64,000 nucleotides of DNA from positions 64,001 through 128,000 of the forward strand of contig CBDFFH010000038.1 in NCBI GenBank assembly GCA_965246715.1. Direction: 5' to 3'. Source of the stretch: Chamaesiphon sp. (GTDB lineage Bacteria > Cyanobacteriota > Cyanobacteriia > Cyanobacteriales > Chamaesiphonaceae). Under the pieces are notes generated by a model that had not been told where the DNA came from, made no database searches, and saw only the letters and a program-made list of their open reading frames with translations. Each line of letters opens with the position of its first letter. Positions within the stretch are counted from its first letter, which is position 1. The translations under genes and the position numbers were made by a program. Positions 56,843 to 64,000 of the stretch are shown piece after piece.

Positions 56843-57403
56843 TTACTTAATTGACTTTGTTGTTTTTGCGGCAATGGCTGTACCAGTAACTCTCCAAGTA
56901 TTATTATCTTCGCGAGTGACAATCAACTTACCTTCTAGGACACGTTCGCGATCGAGTTTCCACAGATAGTTATCTCTAGAGTTATTATTGGTCGCGAATT
57001 TTATGTAGGCATCAGGCGAGCTATTGCGCATCTGCTCTGCCTCTCGCTTCGATGCATAATTATATCCGCGTTCGAGAATATGAACTTCAACTTTAGCAAA
57101 TTTAGATTGGGTAACAGGAGACAATTTTAATTCTACTAATCTGATATCTTTTACTTCCTCAAAAACCACATATTTATTTCGATCGGCTGACATACCGTTG
57201 TTTGGATTGGCTTTGTGATTGCGGTTGCGATAGTAATCATTAATCGCCTGAGAAATATTTCTAACCTCTGCTTGAGAAGGCTGTGAATTATTTGCCCCAT
57301 AAACAGTTTTGATATCGACTCGATCGGGTTCGCCAGCATTAGTAATATTTGCAACTGCGAAAATACCCGCGATCGAGGTAGTAGTAAGAATAAAAAGTTT
57401 CAT
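56843..57403 (-). CDS. Secreted hypothetical protein
   Basis: Signal peptide, 186-aa ORF; no family recognised. Confidence 0.6.
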   Translation of the reverse strand: MKLFILTTTSIAGIFAVANITNAGEPDRVDIKTVYGANNSQPSQAEVRNISQAINDYYRNRNHKANPNNGMSADRNKYVVFEEVKDIRLVELKLSPVTQSKFAKVEVHILERGYNYASKREAEQMRNSSPDAYIKFATNNNSRDNYLWKLDRERVLEGKLIVTREDNNTWRVTGTAIAAKTTKSIK

Positions 57404-57613
57404 TAGAACTGTTCGGGGTTATGAATAAATCAGTGCAGATCGAGCGATCTTTAGTTACTGCAGCAGAGATCTGAATTTCCCGAAATCTCCCATAAAAAGG
57501 AGTTTGGAAGATCCACTACTTGAGCTTGTAACAAATACAAATTTGCCTACTGATATTATTCAGTTTACCCACGAATTCGATCTCGATTAACATGGGAGAA
57601 TTTCTAAGATTAT

Positions 57614-59310
57614 CTATTTCAGGAAATCCTCACCATGAATGATTGCTAAAGCCTCTTCTAAATGGTTGAAAAAGCGATCGTTACCAATTAAAGTTGTCAG
57701 ACCATCGCGATCGAATTGACATTTTACATTCGGTGCCAAACCAGACACGATCGTTACCACCTGCTGCCTTGATAGCGCCTTCACCACATCGCGAATTGTC
57801 TCAGATGCAGAGTAGTCAATTTCGGTAATCGCGCGTGCCTCAAGAATAAAAAACTTGACAGGTACTGCTGCACCATAAACTAGGCGCTGGACTTGTTCGG
57901 AAAAGTAGGTGGTATTGGCATAAAATAAATCTCGACTGAAACGGTAAATAATCAAACCAGGTGCGGAGACAGTGCCAGGAATAGCCGGAACTGGTTGCCA
58001 AAATCTATGATCCCCAGGAATCAATACTGCCGAGTGGGGTCGATAGCTATGATAGACGTGCAAAATCAATGACAGCATTACAGAGACAATGATGCCCTGT
58101 TTGACCCCAACAAATACGACTGTCAGCGCGGAGATCGCCCCTAGATAAGATTCTTCTCGATGCGTTTTAAAGATACTATGCAGCCCTTTGAGATCGATTA
58201 ATTTCAGCCCGATCCAGAACACGATCGCAGCGAGAGTAGCATTTGGCAAGTAGCCGATCGGTGCGGTGAGGAAGAGAAGTACAATTAACACGATCGCGGC
58301 TGTTGTCAGTTGTGACACTTGGCTGCGTCCGCCAGCCGTATCGACGATTGCTGTTTTCGTCGGACTACCATTGACGACAAAGGTTCCAGTCAAACCCGCC
58401 GCCACATTTGCTGCTGCTAACCCCAGGAGATCGACATTTTCATTAAATCGATCGCTATACCGAAAAGCATAGGCACGAGCAGTAGCCGCACTCTGAGCGA
58501 TGATGACGATACAACAAGAGATGGCAATCCCAGCACCTGGGGGATTTCGGCCATGGCAACATTTGGCAACCCGAAAGTTGGTAGTCCGCTGGGTAGAGTC
58601 CCGACGACAGTTACACCGCGACTGGCAAAGTCAAACAGCCAACTGGCAATAATCGCGCCGATTACCGCCAGCAGCGCACCTGGAAATTTGGGTAAGAATT
58701 TCTCACAGAAGAAGACAATCGCGAGTACTGCTGCGGAAATGCTGAGTGTGAATAAATTAATTTGCTCCAGATGCTGTCCGATATAAATAATTTGCGAAAG
58801 CGGCTCTCTACCACCGCCAGTCAATCCGACTAATTCGCCTAATTGCCCGATCGCGACTTGAATCCCGACACCAGTTAAAAAGCCGATGAGGACGGTACGC
58901 GACAAAAAATCGGCTAGAAAACCTAGCCCGAAGATGCGTGCTAATAACAGCAATCCTGCCGTGACGATGGCGACTGCTTCGGCTAATGCTAAATAGCGCT
59001 CGCTCCCAGTTTGCGCCAGCACGGACAGTCCAGCCGCGATTATCGCTGCCGTCGCTGAGTCCGCAGCAACGACTAGATGCCGCGAAGATCCGAAGATTGC
59101 AAAGGCTACTACTGGTAACAGTAATGTATATAATCCTGTTGCGATCGGCGTTCCGGAGATCTTGGTATAGCCCATCACTTCCGGGATCCCCAATGCTGCC
59201 AACACGATCCCAGCGGCGATATCGCTCCCCAATGTCGAGTTATTCCAAGGTAAAATTCCCTGCAGTAGTCGCAGCTGGAATTTTTCCACAGGTTGTTTAT
59301 TCGTACTCAC
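57614..59310 (-). pseudogene. SulP/SLC26 anion transporter with STAS domain, frameshifted
   Basis: GSSRHLVV N-half and GGRSQ...STAS C-half in different frames; one base missing near 58530 (reinserting it gives VLGIAISCCIVIIAQSAATARAYA). Confidence 0.88.
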
Positions 59311-60020
59311 GATTTCTTTATTTCCATCAATTTAATTCTGCCGATCGGTAGATCGAGTAGCTGTATCTCTCTAGTATCGCTCCAGACTACCCAAGTTAAA
59401 TAACACTCCCATAGCGATATTTTGGAGTGCGGTTAGATTGCTTGAGAAGTGTCATCGACCTATCTCGATCGATTAGTACCGATTACTATACCAAAATCAC
59501 ATTGACTGAGTAAAAATTCGCCGATCGGCTAGTGAAATCGATCGATTATTCGATCGTGAAAAATGTCACCTGTGCGGACGTGACTTTAGTAATAGTTGGG
59601 CAGGAAGCGGATCGTTACCTTTGCTAGATGAAGAGTCTAGACCATAGTGATAAGTTAAAGATTCAAGCATTGAATATAAGTGTTATGGCCGTCGATGACT
59701 GGCAATTAACTCGATCTTCCAGAGTTAAATAGTCAGTTTTTCGGTAGATATATATCAACCTCTTAATGACGAGACGAGATTTATAAATGTTGAACGGTAA
59801 CGGTGGGAAGCCAGACAGTATCGCCGCTGGAGCCGCGATCGTGATTATTATCGCGATCGGTATGACTATCGTTATTATCGTCGGTGGTAACACCTTGACA
59901 ATCTGAGCCTTGCTGTAGCAGTTTTACGGACACGGAACTGCTACTTTGCCACCAGCGCAACGCCATCTTTGGATAAATTGCTGCTAATCGGATTTCTCTA
60001 AATCGATCGAGGAATGGATA

Positions 60021-60275
60021 ATGAAAATGGTCGCTTTTAAAAAACGGATCTTAGCCAATGGATTAGCCTTAAGTCTGCTCGGTGACTTAGTATCTGGGAT
60101 ATTTTTTGGTGTTGGCTATTTAGCGATCGACCATTTCAATGACTGGATGGATACCCAATCCGCCACAAATCCTCCCGCTCAGACCGCTGGCGAGCGCGGT
60201 AAAGTAAGTAGCGGCACATTCCCAGCAATCGAGCGCAACCGCAGCAACAACGACCGATCGCGACTGAATTGTTAA
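60021..60275 (+). CDS. Small membrane hypothetical protein
   Basis: GAGG upstream, one hydrophobic segment. Confidence 0.45.
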   Translation: MKMVAFKKRILANGLALSLLGDLVSGIFFGVGYLAIDHFNDWMDTQSATNPPAQTAGERGKVSSGTFPAIERNRSNNDRSRLNC

Positions 60276-60276
60276 A

Positions 60277-60433
60277 CTCATATCTTGCACTAGTTGAAAT
60301 ATACTATTGCTTGGTGTAGATCCAGGGTACTCACAAGGGGCACCCCTACAGGTTAATTTTGTAGGGGTGCCCCTTGTGAGTACCCTAAAATCTATGCTTT
60401 TACTAGTCTTTATGTATTGGCGCAAGATGTGAA
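60277..60433. mobile_element. MITE-like element, terminus type D with GTAG-type REP doublet
   Basis: ctcatatcttgcac ... gcgcaagatgtga termini; perfect 27-bp inverted repeat at 60324-60350 / 60360-60386 (gtaggggtgccccttgtgagtaccct). Confidence 0.7.
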
Positions 60434-60458
60434 TAAACCTATAGATAGCCCATCAAAA

Positions 60459-61388
60459 TTAGCTAACTGTAACGTCTGGGCGGTCTAATTCACCATCGTT
60501 CCAAGATGTGGGATCTTCTAAAGGTTCCAAATGAGTGGTGACATGGCTTAGGGGCAGCGCGGCAACGATCGCCAGCTCGACTGCTTCACAGAGATCGTGA
60601 CCGTGCTGCACAGTCCACGCGCCAGGAACGAGGATATGAAGGGAAATAAAGCGACGCGCACCAGCCACGCGCGTTCTCAGCGCATGAAATTGAATTTCGG
60701 AAGATTCATATTCCCGCAACACTAAGACAATCGCCTCGCGCTCGTGAGTGGGTAGTGATGCATCCATTAACTCAGCACCCGCCTCTCGGAGTAAGCCGAT
60801 CCCGATCCGCACGATATTCACTGCCACAATCATCGAAACAATCGCATCCAGCGCCAACCAACCCGTAATTTGAACGAGCATGATGCCGATTACTACCCCC
60901 GCTGAAGTCCAGACATCTGAAAATAGATGATGGGCATCCGTTCGCAGCGTAATCGATCGCAAGCGCTTCCCCGCACGCAATAAAATCCAACCGACCACCC
61001 CATTAACCACGGTAGCAAGTACCGAAACTACCAATCCTAAGCCGATCTGTTCTAACGGTTGGGGATGGGAAAGTCGCTCCCATGCTGTAATTGCAATAGT
61101 CACAGCCGCAACAATAATCAGTACGGCTTCCAAGGCACTGGAAAAGTACTCAGCTTTGGTATATCCGAAGGCATGTTTGGCATCGGGTGGTTTAGCCGCA
61201 ACCGTTAGCGCCCAAAAATTCACTAGTGCTGCCACTAAATTGATACAAGACTCGATCGCATCTGAGAGCAAACCGACCGAGTTTGTAAGGCGATATGCAC
61301 CAAATTTGAGCGCGATCGTCACCACTGCGGCAGCGATCGATAATATTGTATACGCACGAGGCGATTGCCCAGAATGTAGCCGATCCAT
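60459..61388 (-). CDS. Cation diffusion facilitator (FieF-like)
   Basis: LLSDAIES, HAFGYTKAEY, DAHHLFSD, HALRTR, THLEP. Confidence 0.92.
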   Translation of the reverse strand: MDRLHSGQSPRAYTILSIAAAVVTIALKFGAYRLTNSVGLLSDAIESCINLVAALVNFWALTVAAKPPDAKHAFGYTKAEYFSSALEAVLIIVAAVTIAITAWERLSHPQPLEQIGLGLVVSVLATVVNGVVGWILLRAGKRLRSITLRTDAHHLFSDVWTSAGVVIGIMLVQITGWLALDAIVSMIVAVNIVRIGIGLLREAGAELMDASLPTHEREAIVLVLREYESSEIQFHALRTRVAGARRFISLHILVPGAWTVQHGHDLCEAVELAIVAALPLSHVTTHLEPLEDPTSWNDGELDRPDVTVS

Positions 61389-61552
61389 TAACTGTGGTGG
61401 TGATAATCAAACATCTTTTAAAGCTAGCAGATCGTTTCAGCCTCAGCGCGATCGAGCTAGCTCGATCCCGATTGCAAAGTCCATCTCCACTTTAACCGTT
61501 CGGCGGCCGATCGCGAACTCCGCTACGGCCAACCAAGCGACTCAGTCATAAA

Positions 61553-61855
61553 TCAAACGACTTCTTCTTCCTTATGTGTTTCAAATACACAATCAGCTTG
61601 AGGATGTGAGATACAAATCAAGACATAGCCCTGAGCGATTTGGTCGTCGCTCAAATAAGAACCCTCAGACTGGTCTACCGACCCAGAGACTAACTTGGCC
61701 GTACAAGTCGAGCAAACGCCCTGTCGACAGGAATAAGGTAGTTCCATTCCACCTTCTTCGGCCGTTTCCAGTATATAGCTATCTTCCGGGACGGCAACAG
61801 TTTGGTCGATGCCCTCGGCTTTATTGAACAATCTAACTTGGTAAGATGCTGCCAT
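61553..61855 (-). CDS. Plant-type 2Fe-2S ferredoxin
   Basis: LPYSCRQGVCSTC...VDQSEGSYL...LIC. Confidence 0.93.
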   Translation of the reverse strand: MAASYQVRLFNKAEGIDQTVAVPEDSYILETAEEGGMELPYSCRQGVCSTCTAKLVSGSVDQSEGSYLSDDQIAQGYVLICISHPQADCVFETHKEEEVV

Positions 61856-62302
61856 ATGAAATAACCTCTACAAGTATTTAGTTCGGAATCGATTCAAATT
61901 CGACCTGTGACTCGATCTCCAAGGGAAGATCGCAGCTACGATCGGGTCAACATCGCGAGCGCTGCGATCCACCGCTCGACCGCTCGTACCTACTCGCCCA
62001 ACTTGCTCCCCTCCTACTCTGACAAGTTGATGGGTTATTTCCTGTATAAATTGATTGAATCAAACGGCAAAATTACAAGAGGCGATCGAGATTAAAACAT
62101 TATTATCGGGCGAGAATCAATGTAGTTGACGGATAGCACTAGGAGAAGATGTGATGAGGTGATTTTGTAGTGACAGAGTAGAGATATAGCAAAATTATCA
62201 GAGATCGCCACATCTGGATCGTCACAGAATAGCGCAATCTGTCGTATTATTAGTTCCGTATGAGTGTATCTAGCTATTTACTAGGGGTCTTATTCATAAC
62301 CT

Positions 62303-62938
62303 ATGTACATCGACATTGATTATGACCATCAAAAAAACATTCACAGTCAAGCAGGCGCTAAAGCTGCGTTGGCGGCGATTTTAGCTCATTTTTCAGTTAA
62401 TAGTCTTCTCGATGTCGGTTGCGGTGCTGGTACGTGGCTAAAAGCAGCGTTAGATCTGGGAGTTATCGATATATTGGGAATAGATGGTATTTCGATTTCA
62501 ATAGATCGATTACTCGTTCCACCTAAATTTTTCCAACAGCAGGATTTAACAATACCTTGGCATCTCAACCGTCGATTTGACTTAGTTATTTGCCTAGAAG
62601 TGGCAGAACATCTAGATAGTTCTAATGCAAATACTTTAATTGAGGCGATCGCCAATCATACCGATCTTATTATTTTTAGCGCAGCTTGTCCTGGTCAGCC
62701 TGGGCAACATCACGTAAATTGCCAATGGCCGACTTATTGGCAAAAATTATTTAATAGTTGTGGTTTTTCCTGTTGTGATACTATGCGGTGGAAGATCTGG
62801 GATGATGTGCAGATCGAGCCATGGTATCGACAAAATATGTTTGTGGCTCAGCGAGATAAATTTGCAGGAGTAGAAGCTCGAATCTCACATGTAATTCATC
62901 CAGACATGATGTCTTATTTCAAAGACTGGTCGCAATAA
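62303..62938 (+). CDS. Class I SAM-dependent methyltransferase (glycan associated)
   Basis: LDVGCGAGTW, CLEVAEHL, FSAA.PGQ.G.HHVN. Confidence 0.88.
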   Translation: MYIDIDYDHQKNIHSQAGAKAALAAILAHFSVNSLLDVGCGAGTWLKAALDLGVIDILGIDGISISIDRLLVPPKFFQQQDLTIPWHLNRRFDLVICLEVAEHLDSSNANTLIEAIANHTDLIIFSAACPGQPGQHHVNCQWPTYWQKLFNSCGFSCCDTMRWKIWDDVQIEPWYRQNMFVAQRDKFAGVEARISHVIHPDMMSYFKDWSQ

Positions 62939-63044
62939 AAACTCTTCAAAACGATTGTCACCGATCGCTCGGCCTAAATTAGCGACCGCACTTAGGCATT
63001 ACAGTAATAAAATCTAATAAATTTCCGCATCAACAGTTGAAATC

Positions 63045-63968
63045 ATGCTCGATATTTGTATCTGTACGCACAATCCAGATCGACAGCTATTTGCTATTGT
63101 GATTCAGGCTCTAGCCGACCAGACTTTGGACAAATCAAAATATGAGGTTTGGGTCATTGATAATGCCTCTGACATTCCAATTGAAGTGAAAGATCTTCAA
63201 CCATTAACCGCAGTAGGGGTTAAATGTAATATCCTTGTTGCTTCTCAATTAGGGCTGATGTACGCGCGGAGTGTCGCGATCGAGGCAACTACCAATGAAT
63301 GGTTGGTGTTTGTTGACGATGATAATGAATTAAGTAAAAATTATTTAGAAACAGTATTAGAAATAACGAAAAACAATCCACAACTTGGATGTTTTGGGGG
63401 TAAACTACTACTCCCAGATAATATTAAATATCCGAAGTGGATGGAAGTAATGTTACCATATCTGGCAATTAAAGACCTGGGTGATGAAGTCTTGTCCAAC
63501 TGTGCCAATCATTGGGGTGAATGGGAACCCCCTGGTGCGGGATTTGTGATTCGGAGATCCGTGCTGGAGGTGTCACAGCGGCGATTGGCAAACTTACCAA
63601 AAACAGTGGTACTAGATCGTCAAGGTCGAAGTTTGTTATCAGCAGGAGATTCAATGATTACAAGGGGAGCGTACGAGCTAAATTTGGAGTGCGCTTACCA
63701 ACCAAGATTGCAACTTATCCATCGGATAAATCCCAGGCGACTTGCATTCCAATATCTGATCCGGTTACTATATGGGCACGGTCGGAGTTATGTATTGTTA
63801 GAGCGAGTTTTGGGTAATTCAGTAGCAAGTATTGATGGCTGGCAACGGATTACTTTTATGTTTACTAGAATTATGGTAAGAATTAAAGATTCCCAATCGA
63901 TTCAACAGTGTTTATGTATGATTGCCTGGGATTATGGATATTTATATGAATCCAGAAAATCTCAATAA
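63045..63968 (+). CDS. GT2 family glycosyltransferase
   Basis: ICTHN, IDNAS, FVDDD, PGAG. Confidence 0.88.
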   Translation: MLDICICTHNPDRQLFAIVIQALADQTLDKSKYEVWVIDNASDIPIEVKDLQPLTAVGVKCNILVASQLGLMYARSVAIEATTNEWLVFVDDDNELSKNYLETVLEITKNNPQLGCFGGKLLLPDNIKYPKWMEVMLPYLAIKDLGDEVLSNCANHWGEWEPPGAGFVIRRSVLEVSQRRLANLPKTVVLDRQGRSLLSAGDSMITRGAYELNLECAYQPRLQLIHRINPRRLAFQYLIRLLYGHGRSYVLLERVLGNSVASIDGWQRITFMFTRIMVRIKDSQSIQQCLCMIAWDYGYLYESRKSQ

Positions 63969-64000
63969 TATAAGAACGTAAATTTATTTCGTATAATTTG

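Overview
64-kb chromosomal segment of a cyanobacterium. Evidence: cyanobacterial 16S/23S, psb27, a cyanobacteriochrome kinase and very dense CGATCG/GCGATCGC (HIP1) sites. The style resembles Chamaesiphon, but that is inference only. Most content is housekeeping or stress related: comF 3' end, psb27, bioY-lspA, coaE, gcvT, ppk1, aroQ, a CHASE3-PAS-GAF kinase/response-regulator operon, a CLC-F-type exporter, an MCE/MlaD protein, a complete minus-strand rrn operon (16S-tRNAIle-tRNAAla-23S-5S), treZ-treY-treH, a PIN toxin-antitoxin pair, speA, a group 2 sigma factor, larE, a frameshifted SulP, a CDF transporter, a ferredoxin and the start of a glycosylation cluster. One intact ISL3 has an 8-bp target duplication. 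The most unusual items are: (1) a 2.2-kb patchwork of unrelated gene fragments bracketed by a 57-bp duplication of the comF 3' end; (2) an orphan two-gene module, a membrane-anchored 75-aa-repeat coiled-coil protein plus a BrxD/DUF2791 ATPase, without the usual helicase; (3) an NsiR1-like sRNA with a DIF1-like motif; (4) two small secreted paralogs with an identical 20-aa C-terminus that differs only at synonymous sites, behind a beta-barrel gene; (5) miniature elements that mix different inverted-repeat termini with shared REP-like cores; (6) a half-length glycogen-phosphorylase-like protein with degenerate active-site motifs. All assignments come from motif recognition by eye; no database searches were run.
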